Assembly: GCA_045568075.1 (NCBI GenBank)
Contig: JBJLBP010000001.1
Coordinates: 1,410,001 to 1,442,000, forward strand
Direction: 5' to 3'
DNA length: 32,000 bases
Source: Candidatus Thalassarchaeaceae archaeon
GTDB taxonomy: Archaea > Thermoplasmatota > Poseidoniia > Poseidoniales > Thalassarchaeaceae
Below the pieces are notes generated by a model. The model had not been told where the DNA came from and ran no database searches. It worked only from the letters and a program-made list of their open reading frames with translations. This document shows, piece by piece, positions 8,771 to 17,395 of the stretch. The stretch's first letter is position 1; every line of letters starts with the position of its first letter. The position numbers and the translations under genes are program-made.

Positions 8771-9550
8771 TTAGAATTTGAAGTCAATGATTAGCGGCGC
8801 GTGATCCGAGCAATCTAAGCCCGCTTGCCGATTTACCTCTGCAGATTCAAAGGCAGTAAATGCAGCATCGTTGGCTAGGACGTAATCGATACGCCAACCT
8901 CTGTCGAGGGCCCTCGCTTGACCTCGATTTGACCACCAAGTGTAGGGGCCCTTGCGCTCGCCGAAGTGAATTCGATGCAAATCGTGCCAGCCGCTTGCGA
9001 GGAAGCGGCTGAACCATTCTCGCTCATGAGCTAGGAAGCCCGATGTCATCCGATTCCCACTCGGATTCCAAATATCGTCCTCGGTGTGTGCAATGTTGAG
9101 ATCTCCGACGAGGACGACTGGTTCGGGTGAGGAGAGGTACTGCTTCGCCCAGACAAGTAAATCCTCCAACCACTGATCTTTGTAGGCCTGTCTTGCTGGC
9201 CCAGAACCGCCATTTGGTAGGTAGATGTTGATACAGGTAAGAGAACCACACTTGGTGACCAGCACCCTTCCCTCAGAATCATCAGGGTCTAGTTTTGTGT
9301 CTATTCCACGAGTGATTACTTCCATCCCTATACGTGAAAATGAGGCGACTCCTGAATAGCCCTTTTTCTCAGCTGGATGCCATACAACTTCGTGACCTGT
9401 GGGTAATTCCCAATCCTTGGGTAATTGCTCAGGAAGTGCCCTAACTTCTTGCAGAAGCCAAATATCTGCATCGATCTCCTCAATCCAATCATCCAATCCC
9501 TTTCGGATTGCTGCTCGTATACCATTTAGATTCCAAGACACTACTCTCAT
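8771..9550 (-). CDS. xth: exodeoxyribonuclease III (AP endonuclease, EEP family)
   Basis: MRVVSWNLNGIRAA, WLLQEVRA, VLVGDLNIAH, WRIDYVL, DHAPLIIDF. The ORF-track start at 9568 is TTG; the ATG at 9548-9550 gives the canonical MRVVSWN N-terminus. Confidence 0.92.
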   Translation of the reverse strand: MRVVSWNLNGIRAAIRKGLDDWIEEIDADIWLLQEVRALPEQLPKDWELPTGHEVVWHPAEKKGYSGVASFSRIGMEVITRGIDTKLDPDDSEGRVLVTKCGSLTCINIYLPNGGSGPARQAYKDQWLEDLLVWAKQYLSSPEPVVLVGDLNIAHTEDDIWNPSGNRMTSGFLAHEREWFSRFLASGWHDLHRIHFGERKGPYTWWSNRGQARALDRGWRIDYVLANDAAFTAFESAEVNRQAGLDCSDHAPLIIDFKF

Positions 9551-9564
9551 CAAATCACCAGTAA

Positions 9565-12015
9565 TCAATTAGAGAAATCTTTGACCTTTTCAACAAGGTC
9601 CATTCTGTAAACTCTCCACATGCCAAGCGGGGTCAATGCAACTGAAATAAACAACACAAGCCCTACCAAATAAGACGAAATTAATGGGTCTGCATTCACC
9701 TTGAAATAAAATGACCATTGAACTAATTGGCTAATCATCCACTGAGTCCCCAATATCGAAAATATAGCCCCAAGAACTCCTCCTATCAAACCGATAGCGA
9801 AGTGCTCTCCTAACATCATTGAGCCTATTCGTTTGATAGGAGCGCCTAGAACTCTTAGAGTTGCTAATTCCAAATCTCTCTCAGCTAAATTAATGATCAA
9901 GGTGTTGAACAAAACAACGATTGCAATTACAATCCCTAGAAACTGAATAGCAATGAAGAAGGCTTGCTGTTGTTCCATCAGAGATTCCATTGCATCGATT
10001 GTTTCTTGTTTGTCGATTATACCTATTGACATATCTCCTAAATCGGTGGTTTGACCAAACCCATCTGGATAAGAAAGTAAGACCGAGGTTGCTTCTAAAT
10101 CGACCTCTACTGCCAAATCAGCCCGATGGAAGTAAACTGTTCGAGCGATTTCTCCCTCTGTTATTCCTACAATTTTGAAGTCTACTGCTTGAGAACCAAA
10201 TCGTATTGTCTGAACCTCACCAACACCCCAACCAAGGAAGTGTTGTATCCCTTCGTCAACAAGAGCTTCCGGAGGGTCAGTCCCCTCGCTTGGAAGGCTT
10301 CCTTCAACCAAATTGAGGGTCTGCATAGCCTCATTGCCAGAGGTTGAGAATACGTCTAAGCCCATTGTAACCAACTGTCGAGAGTCACCATCAGGGCTAG
10401 CTGGCATTGTAAGGAGTAATTCATAATCGAGCGCGTTTTCATCCGCCCATTCTGTAATCGCATCTTCCATTCCGGGGAAGACGATGGCTTGTTGATCCCA
10501 ATTCGAATTTTCACCCGCGTTACCTAGGAATAGGTCTTCCATAGAATCCATCATGAAGAGCATGGAACCTAAAATCAACATCGAAAGACCAACTGCGAAG
10601 AAAGTGAATACCAATCGAATCGGTTTTCGAGTGCTAGAACGTATAGTCAATCCAATAGTCGTAGGAAGGCGAGATGTGAATTTTTGGATAGTCTTTGAAG
10701 AAAGTTTGACCTCGTGTTGACCTCGAAGAACTTTCAGAGGATCTAGATTCGCGGCCTGCCACGCAGGCCAGATTCCCGAGAACATTACCAATAACATGGT
10801 AATCGCAGATATTTCTAGTATCGATGAATTAACCGTTGAGCCACCTATCGCTGGAATTCCAAAAACCGTTTCGTATACAGATTCCATCGCCGGTGCTCCG
10901 AGGAAGATTCCTCCAAGGATTCCCAGAATTGTTCCATATAGACCGATTACAGCGGGAGCAAGGATGTAGGAAGGCATAATTGCTGAGCGGGGAATTCCTA
11001 GAGTGCGAAGTATTGCAATCTCTCTGGCTTGAGACTGTATTAGTCGCTGCAAACTCAGGAAAATTGTAATCCCTGCTACAATAACCAACATTCCAGTAAT
11101 TACTGGATAAGTCTTCATCGCACCCTCTGCATCGGCTCTCAAGAACTCTACAGATTCCACTCCCGAACGGTCGTAAACAATCGTCGAGGCGTCAATATCG
11201 GTAACAGTAATTAACATCGAATCGATGATCCCAGCCAATTCTTCACCTTCATTATCATCAGTAGATTGAAGGTCATAATCGGGACTACCTAAGATGTCAA
11301 TCAGAAGCATGTTTGAGGAGCCTGAAGAAACATTAGCCAGTGATTCAAGACCCTCAGAGGTTAGGTAACCAGTGGCGAATTTACCAGATTCTGCTGGCAC
11401 AATTGAACCAGGTGCTGCGAAGTATAGATGCATCGGATGATAGCCAAATCCGACGATTGTGAAATTCATTTTTCCTTGACCTGCTCCAATACTGATTGTA
11501 TCACCTAATTCGACTCCCAATCCGTCAACAGCGTGAGCGTCTAGTACAATCTCATTTGATTCAACAGCAAGACGGCCATTACAACAAGAATCTTCAGGCA
11601 TCCAAACACGGTCTACGTATCCTTCATCGATACCGTGCCAAACTGCTGTAACTAATCTCTGAGATCCGTCCTCTTCTGTATCGAATAGTAATCCATCGAG
11701 AATTAAACGAGGTTCACATTCAACCATTGGTAAATCTGCATCAGACCATTGTAGCGATATTTCTTCACACAGGGTATCTGACTCTGAAGATTCCCAAACT
11801 CCTCTGGGGTTCTCAACCCAAACATCTGCTAGATTGACACCCTCTTCTGAATCTTCGTAGATATCAGAATACATGTTTGTAGTCATATGTGCATAATGCC
11901 CGAAGGCAATTCCGGACATTACCCCGACCATGATAATCAAAACTACAGCGACAAGCCGCAGTTTACTACGCCAAAGGCTTCGGAAAAGCCTCCTTGTGAG
12001 TAACGTCTTCAACAA
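9565..12015 (-). CDS. ABC transporter permease, MacB/FtsX type with duplicated FtsX domains and two large extracytoplasmic domains
   Basis: N-terminal RSLWRSKLRL plus TM1, then a ~270-aa external domain, then FtsX block 1 (REIAILRTLGIPRSAI). This is followed by TM, a second external domain and FtsX block 2 (RDLELATLRVLGAPIKRI). TTG start 7 nt downstream of the ATPase stop; no in-frame ATG lies nearby. Confidence 0.85.
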   Translation of the reverse strand: MLKTLLTRRLFRSLWRSKLRLVAVVLIIMVGVMSGIAFGHYAHMTTNMYSDIYEDSEEGVNLADVWVENPRGVWESSESDTLCEEISLQWSDADLPMVECEPRLILDGLLFDTEEDGSQRLVTAVWHGIDEGYVDRVWMPEDSCCNGRLAVESNEIVLDAHAVDGLGVELGDTISIGAGQGKMNFTIVGFGYHPMHLYFAAPGSIVPAESGKFATGYLTSEGLESLANVSSGSSNMLLIDILGSPDYDLQSTDDNEGEELAGIIDSMLITVTDIDASTIVYDRSGVESVEFLRADAEGAMKTYPVITGMLVIVAGITIFLSLQRLIQSQAREIAILRTLGIPRSAIMPSYILAPAVIGLYGTILGILGGIFLGAPAMESVYETVFGIPAIGGSTVNSSILEISAITMLLVMFSGIWPAWQAANLDPLKVLRGQHEVKLSSKTIQKFTSRLPTTIGLTIRSSTRKPIRLVFTFFAVGLSMLILGSMLFMMDSMEDLFLGNAGENSNWDQQAIVFPGMEDAITEWADENALDYELLLTMPASPDGDSRQLVTMGLDVFSTSGNEAMQTLNLVEGSLPSEGTDPPEALVDEGIQHFLGWGVGEVQTIRFGSQAVDFKIVGITEGEIARTVYFHRADLAVEVDLEATSVLLSYPDGFGQTTDLGDMSIGIIDKQETIDAMESLMEQQQAFFIAIQFLGIVIAIVVLFNTLIINLAERDLELATLRVLGAPIKRIGSMMLGEHFAIGLIGGVLGAIFSILGTQWMISQLVQWSFYFKVNADPLISSYLVGLVLFISVALTPLGMWRVYRMDLVEKVKDFSN

Positions 12016-12021
12016 ATCACC

Positions 12022-12702
12022 TCAAGCATCTTGGTCAGTGATTACAATCCCGCTATCCAATCTGATCACTCTAGTTGCATATCTTATCAGAGACTCATCA
12101 TGAGTGACAAAAACCGTGGTTATTCCTTCGGCTTCACATGCCTTGACAAGGACCTCCATAACCATCGAAGAAGTCTTTGTGTCAAGATTTCCAGTCAATT
12201 CATCTCCAAGTAATAATTTTGGTTTCTTAGCTAAACTTCTTGCAATCGCAACTCGCTGTTGCTGACCTCCGCTAATCTCCGTAGGGAAGCGATCGACTTC
12301 TGCCTCTAGGCCAACCAAGGCGAGTAACTCACGAGCTCTCTTCTCATCTCTTCCGCCAGCCAACTCCTGAATCAATAGGATATTTTCTAGCACTGTTAAG
12401 TCTTGTAATAGATTGAAAAATTGGAAAACATAGCCAATATTTTCTCGTCGAAATGTAGTCATTTCTTCGGGAGCATTTCGAGGCACTTCTTTACCTTCGA
12501 AAGAGTATGTACCAGCAGTAGGGCTATCTAATGCAGCTATACAATTTAGCAGAGTGGTCTTACCAGAACCTGAGGGACCTAGGAGAATAATTCGTTCTCC
12601 TTCCTTAACCTCTAAATCTACTCCATCAAGAGCCTTGACAGTCCCAGAGACCATCTCGTAATACCGCTTCATATCATTGATTGTAAGCAAGGTGACCACC
12701 AT
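12022..12702 (-). CDS. ABC transporter ATP-binding protein (MacB/LolD-like)
   Basis: Walker A GPSGSGKTTLLN, Q-loop, signature ISGGQQQRVAIARSLA, Walker B LLLGDELTGNLD, H-loop VFVTHD. The ORF-track start at 12723 is TTG; I prefer the ATG at 12700-12702. Confidence 0.92.
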   Translation of the reverse strand: MVVTLLTINDMKRYYEMVSGTVKALDGVDLEVKEGERIILLGPSGSGKTTLLNCIAALDSPTAGTYSFEGKEVPRNAPEEMTTFRRENIGYVFQFFNLLQDLTVLENILLIQELAGGRDEKRARELLALVGLEAEVDRFPTEISGGQQQRVAIARSLAKKPKLLLGDELTGNLDTKTSSMVMEVLVKACEAEGITTVFVTHDESLIRYATRVIRLDSGIVITDQDA

Positions 12703-12743
12703 CTGAACCACTACGTGGTTCAATCGCTGGCGGCCTCACCTAA

Positions 12744-14858
12744 TCAATCTGCGGCACCTGCAAAGAAAGCCATCGAGCTGCGGAACAATTCCTCACGACG
12801 CTTCCGCTTATTCTTCCTCACATGCATTATCGTGAAGGCAACAGCGAGTAATATCACGAATGGAATGAACGCCTCTGCATGATACCTCTCCATGAATTCG
12901 ATAATGCCACGTGCAGTATATGCCCAAGTCAACGAAGCCGCGGTTCCGCCGAATAGGCAAGCTGCCAGAACACGTTGGAAGCGCATCCGTGCGACCAAAC
13001 CTAGCATCGCACCGACCAGTACGCCGCTTGCCATGAATGGAATCCAAACGAAAACAATCAGAAACCAAAAGCCATATTTTTCGATCCGCGTCTGATTTTT
13101 GTGAGCTACATATTCGACGCTCGACAAAATATCGCCCATGAATGGATTCTGCAGTAAAGCACCTGTGATTCCACCTTGTTTGGCGACCAGCGCCTCACCT
13201 ACCAATTCCTCTTCATCACTTTCGGACAATATTCCTTTAATTCTTGAACGGAATATTCCATCTTCCAAATCAGGCTGCTCAACTCTACCAGCCATCGCTT
13301 GATCCGAAAGTGTTGCCTTCTCATTTCTAGCACTAACAACTAGCACTCTACCTCCAAGATGAGGTTCGAGGGCGATTTTTAGATGAGCATGTAAATCATT
13401 CTGGAGATCGGTAAATGTTGGCTTGAAAAAGAAATATGAGAATCGTATTACTGGTTGGTATATTACACGCACAAATACTGCATCTTCATCCGCTAAAACA
13501 GCAGTTCCATAATCAACAAGATTGTGCTTTTTGAACCAACGATTGAGGCTTGTCTGAGCGGCTGCCTCAAGCCATCCATAGGCACTCATTTCTGCGAAGA
13601 AAGCAGAGTAATCCTCCATTGGATTAATTGGAGAATTCATCGGAAGGAAGGAGAGAGGTGCTCCTTCGTGAGCCTCGTGGATTCCGTCGTCGACACAAAT
13701 AATCTTCATTTGAAGTGGCCGCATTTCACCAAAGATAGCGAATTCTTCGAGTAAGCTACGAGTCAATTGAGCGCGGATATCCGCAGGCTGATCGATGGTT
13801 GTCGAAAAGGTGGTGTAAGGGATTAATACATCGATTGATATCGGCCTCTGCTGCATCTTTATTTGCTCAAAATCGATGTCGATACGAAGCTGTTTTCGAG
13901 ATTTACCAAGAGTTCGATGTATCAGACGACGAAGCTGGTCTTTGTTGAGCAAATCGTCTGAATCTCTGTGGTACATCTTGTGCATCAATGGATATTGGAC
14001 ACATAGGAAAAACAAGGACATGCCCAGAGAGACCATCGCCATCCACCAAGCAGGGATGCCAGCATTGCCACCCGTTAGCATCGCTGCCTCGCGTCCACCG
14101 ACCCACTCAGCACCCATCATGATCCAGCCCCATTCACCGAGACCCTCGATGCTCCAACACGAACGAGGGTCGACATCGTGGACCTCGACCTCTTGCTTGA
14201 TATCAGAGCTGAACGGACCACTCGAATGAGAAGAAACCTCGATTCCTACCTCCTTGTAATCGATTGCGTCGTCTACTCCGATAAGCGCGGCCAATTCAGA
14301 TTGGTCGAGAGACTCAATTTCGTCATCAGTGATTACTTTCCAAATGAGAACGGTGGTGTTGTAGTATCCATCTTCAAGCTCGGATGGATCAAATGACAAT
14401 TGTTGGTCACCTAATCCTCCTTTCAGATGGACCTGTTCCGAAAGATTGGACATCTCGAATACGATGCCTATGACTGTCTGAGCATCGGGATCGACATTGT
14501 AGGAATCGGCCTTCAGCAGATGATCATCGGCCGAGAAGAAGATGTTGAACCAAACTTGACCCTCTCGGTCAACGCACTCTTCACCGGGGTCAAGCGGTGT
14601 GGAAGAGAGGGTCTTGTCGACTACAATTGAATCGGCGGCAATCCATCCTGAGGACATCACGAAGACGCCTCCAAAGAATATCGTACCGATGATTAAACCG
14701 GCGACGAGAGTGTAATCCTCGAAGGCGCCGCGAAAGAAGCGCTTGTCTCCCTCACGGCGAGCCCTGATGAGGTCCAGCTCTCTGTCAAGGCTGTCCTTCT
14801 CGGACTCATCAGGCAAGACTGCCGCGGTCACGAACGAGGCAGGTATTGACCGGGCCAT
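12744..14858 (-). CDS. large multi-domain membrane protein of unknown function with a C-terminal 'small multidrug export' (COG2426/Sm_multidrug_ex)-like module
   Basis: About 704 aa: TM anchor near aa 50-75, external region, a TM pair (aa ~245-300), a ~300-aa soluble region and C-terminal helices. The C-terminal sequence IEKYGFWFLIVFVWIPFMASGVLVGAMLGLVARMRFQRVLAACLFGG matches the recalled KyG..lalFvaIPLPgTGaWTGal pattern. ATG at 14856-14858 is the second codon of the ORF-track TTG start. Confidence 0.6.
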   Translation of the reverse strand: MARSIPASFVTAAVLPDESEKDSLDRELDLIRARREGDKRFFRGAFEDYTLVAGLIIGTIFFGGVFVMSSGWIAADSIVVDKTLSSTPLDPGEECVDREGQVWFNIFFSADDHLLKADSYNVDPDAQTVIGIVFEMSNLSEQVHLKGGLGDQQLSFDPSELEDGYYNTTVLIWKVITDDEIESLDQSELAALIGVDDAIDYKEVGIEVSSHSSGPFSSDIKQEVEVHDVDPRSCWSIEGLGEWGWIMMGAEWVGGREAAMLTGGNAGIPAWWMAMVSLGMSLFFLCVQYPLMHKMYHRDSDDLLNKDQLRRLIHRTLGKSRKQLRIDIDFEQIKMQQRPISIDVLIPYTTFSTTIDQPADIRAQLTRSLLEEFAIFGEMRPLQMKIICVDDGIHEAHEGAPLSFLPMNSPINPMEDYSAFFAEMSAYGWLEAAAQTSLNRWFKKHNLVDYGTAVLADEDAVFVRVIYQPVIRFSYFFFKPTFTDLQNDLHAHLKIALEPHLGGRVLVVSARNEKATLSDQAMAGRVEQPDLEDGIFRSRIKGILSESDEEELVGEALVAKQGGITGALLQNPFMGDILSSVEYVAHKNQTRIEKYGFWFLIVFVWIPFMASGVLVGAMLGLVARMRFQRVLAACLFGGTAASLTWAYTARGIIEFMERYHAEAFIPFVILLAVAFTIMHVRKNKRKRREELFRSSMAFFAGAAD

Positions 14859-14880
14859 CAACCCGTCGGTCCTCGCGGGC

Positions 14881-14897
14881 GAGTTCCTACGGAACTC
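14881..14897 (-). terminator. 7-bp perfect hairpin (GAGTTCC-TAC-GGAACTC) between two co-directional genes
   Basis: Perfect inverted repeat read directly from the sequence, 24 nt downstream of the stop of the 14921-17356 gene. There is no clear U-tract, so function is uncertain. Confidence 0.25.
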
Positions 14898-14920
14898 GAA
14901 AGGGGGTTTTCATTACCGGT

Positions 14921-17356
14921 TCAATCTCTGCGACCTGCCATAGCAGCGCCTAGCAAACCAATCGTCACCATCAGCGCGCCGAAGCCAGGTAGCATCTCAG
15001 CAGTTGCGAACGATTCGGAAGTGTACTGGTCGGCCCAAGTGTCGTACAGTTCGACCTGGACGTCTGGCCAGAGATTGTCAATGACCAAGATATCCATATC
15101 TGAAATCAAGCCATCACCGTCGTAGTCTAGGTACTCATAGGTGAATACGTACTCAGTAAGTGCGGGATCGACCGTAGCTGAGCCCTCAGTAAGTCCGTTT
15201 GAGGCGGCAACCGTGCAGTTCGAGATAGGGGGCTCGTTGCCCTCCTCGTCAGGCTCACCGCAATCGAAAAGGAACCTGACCTCGAAGTCCGAGATAGGAG
15301 CGTTCAGAGTCTGGCCCATGACCATCATGGTGACTCGGAATGGTTCGTCGTTTCCTCCTTCACCGTCGCCATCATCGTCCTCATCAGACATGATTTCATC
15401 CCACATTTCAGTGAACTCGTAGATGTCGAGGCCGTCGCTGTCATCGTAGTCGTACATGTCCATCGTGTAAACGAGACCGTTGAAGTTATCTTCATCGATA
15501 ATGTCACCAGTAGAGTTGGAGAAGTCGGCCCACTCAGAGGGAGTGACCTGCCCATCACCGTCAGTGTTCATCCATTCGAAGACTTCGTCGGCAGACGGAT
15601 CGTCACCATCGCCTTCGTCATCGCCAAACATTTGCGTAAATTCGTCGAGGTTCAACAGGTCGTCCCCATCGGTATCACCGTAGGAGAACCAGGTGGCCGT
15701 TTCCTCCTCTTCGTCGCTGGACATAGGTTCCTCCCCGTTCTGCTCCCTGTCGTTGTTGAGGAAATCGATGAGTTCCTGCAGGCTCACATAGCCGTCGTCG
15801 TTTGTGTCCATGTAGTCCATCATCTGCTCAGGATTCTCATCACCACCATCGGGTAGCATGTCTACGATGCCGTCGACGAAACACTGCATCTCGTCGATGT
15901 CGATCAAGTCGTTGACGTCATAGTCGCAATCATCGAACAGGATTGTGACCTCGTCGTAGTCGAGTTCGGGGTTTTCTGGATTGGATTCCCAGGCGTCCTG
16001 GAACTCCTGGTAGCTCATGTAGCCGTCACCATCGGTGTCTACGTCCTCCATGGCCTCTTCGGGGGTTGGGGGGCCATCGTCGCCTTCATCGTCGCCATCG
16101 TCGCCATCGTCGCCTTCATCGCGATCGTCTGATCCCGACCACTCATCTCCTCCAGATTCCCACTCGTAGGACTCGCTTTGTCCGAAGTCGTCAGTGCAAT
16201 GCCAGCCGTCATCCTCGTGGTCCTCACAGTAATACCACCAAGTGTCCCAATCTTCATCATCTTGTGATTCCTTACACCACCAAACGGTTTCCTCGTCGCC
16301 TGAGTTTCCATTCCACTCGCAATAGCCGCTCCAGTAATCCTGCCAAGAGACGTCGTTTTCATCACGGTCATCGTCGCCATCGTCGCCATCGTCACCATCG
16401 TCGCCATCGTCCCAGTTGTCCTCGGGCATACCATCAATGTGGAAATTGATTGGTATCGAGGTCCTTGGTAGAGTGTCATCGACCTCGATGACTACGGCGT
16501 CTCCCCACATCACTGTGTAACTGATTGAAGAGCTGGCAGAGCCGTTGTCGGTGGAGATATCGTAGGACATGAGGTCCTTGTTTTCGTCGATCAAGATGGC
16601 GATGGAAGTGGTGTGTTCGGTATCGTTGGTGTATTCGAGGGTCATTTTCTGCACCCCAGTCTCACCCACATAAGTGATCACAGGCTCGGTATCGGCAGGC
16701 ATCTCGCTGGACAGGTCGCTAATATCACCCGTCGGCAGATTGAGTCCCATCTCGTCTCCGGCATCGCCTGCATCAGACGCACTCACCAGTGAGGAGATGG
16801 TTTCCATCACATTGGGGGTCGCATCCCTAGTCTGGTACGAGCCCATTCCAGCGCCGTCGCCTGCCATCATCCCGCCCACGGAGTAGTGGACGTTGACGAG
16901 TTCACCAACCTGAACCTGAGTGTACTCGTAGGTCATGAAAGGCACCATCGACATGCCCATCTTTACGTAAACCGAATCGGTATCCAAATCGGCCATCACC
17001 ATCTCCTCAATGGTCGTGTCCATCTGCATGTTCATGTCGCTATTCCACTCGCTTGTCGTGATTAACATCGAGTAACCTGCTTGAGGGATGGTGTCGAGCA
17101 TCTCATCTATCTCCATCTGCTCGGTCATGGCGGTCATGAAGGCCTCCATCGAGGCTAGGTAGATACATTCGCCCAACAGTTCCGCAGTGGCGTTATCGTC
17201 GTAATTTTCGGCGTTCTCGTCCATGCATCCGAGGATGTCGTCGACGATTTCCTCGATTTCGGGGCTAGTAGTACATCCAGCCAATGGGGTTGCGATTAAA
17301 ATTAGGCTGGCAAGTATAGCATATGCTCGGGTCATCGAACTTACAAGATAACGCAT
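14921..17356 (-). CDS. extremely acidic secreted calcium-binding (EF-hand repeat) lipoprotein with PGF-CTERM archaeal sorting signal
   Basis: N-terminal signal with lipobox (ILASLILIATPLAGC). At least six canonical 12-residue EF-hand loops (DTDGDGYMSYQE, DTNDDGYVSLQE, DTDGDDLLNLDE, NTDGDGQVTPSE, DYDDSDGLDIYE, DYDGDGLISDMD). GDD low-complexity tracts. C-terminus LPGFGALMVTIGLLGAAMAGRRD has the form PGF + TM helix + basic tail. Confidence 0.8.
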   Translation of the reverse strand: MRYLVSSMTRAYAILASLILIATPLAGCTTSPEIEEIVDDILGCMDENAENYDDNATAELLGECIYLASMEAFMTAMTEQMEIDEMLDTIPQAGYSMLITTSEWNSDMNMQMDTTIEEMVMADLDTDSVYVKMGMSMVPFMTYEYTQVQVGELVNVHYSVGGMMAGDGAGMGSYQTRDATPNVMETISSLVSASDAGDAGDEMGLNLPTGDISDLSSEMPADTEPVITYVGETGVQKMTLEYTNDTEHTTSIAILIDENKDLMSYDISTDNGSASSSISYTVMWGDAVVIEVDDTLPRTSIPINFHIDGMPEDNWDDGDDGDDGDDGDDDRDENDVSWQDYWSGYCEWNGNSGDEETVWWCKESQDDEDWDTWWYYCEDHEDDGWHCTDDFGQSESYEWESGGDEWSGSDDRDEGDDGDDGDDEGDDGPPTPEEAMEDVDTDGDGYMSYQEFQDAWESNPENPELDYDEVTILFDDCDYDVNDLIDIDEMQCFVDGIVDMLPDGGDENPEQMMDYMDTNDDGYVSLQELIDFLNNDREQNGEEPMSSDEEEETATWFSYGDTDGDDLLNLDEFTQMFGDDEGDGDDPSADEVFEWMNTDGDGQVTPSEWADFSNSTGDIIDEDNFNGLVYTMDMYDYDDSDGLDIYEFTEMWDEIMSDEDDDGDGEGGNDEPFRVTMMVMGQTLNAPISDFEVRFLFDCGEPDEEGNEPPISNCTVAASNGLTEGSATVDPALTEYVFTYEYLDYDGDGLISDMDILVIDNLWPDVQVELYDTWADQYTSESFATAEMLPGFGALMVTIGLLGAAMAGRRD
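16076..16129. repeat. 9-nt periodic microsatellite-like tract (ATCGTCGCC)n encoding GDD repeats
   Basis: atcgtcgcc units, interrupted by ttc, read directly; they encode DDGDDGDDEGDDG on the minus strand. Confidence 0.8.
16370..16411. repeat. second (ATCGTCGCC)n tract encoding DDGDDGDDGDDGDD
   Basis: Four and a half tandem 9-nt units with one G-to-A variant, read directly. Confidence 0.8.
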
Positions 17357-17395
17357 TGGCCTTTAATCTGATGCAGGCGTAGGGACCTGTTTGAC

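Noticed and set aside
16039-16479. 146-aa (minus) and 127-aa (plus) ORFs with MATMATM and HRRHRR repeats
   Set aside because: These are alternative-frame readings of the (ATCGTCGCC)n tracts inside the EF-hand protein gene.
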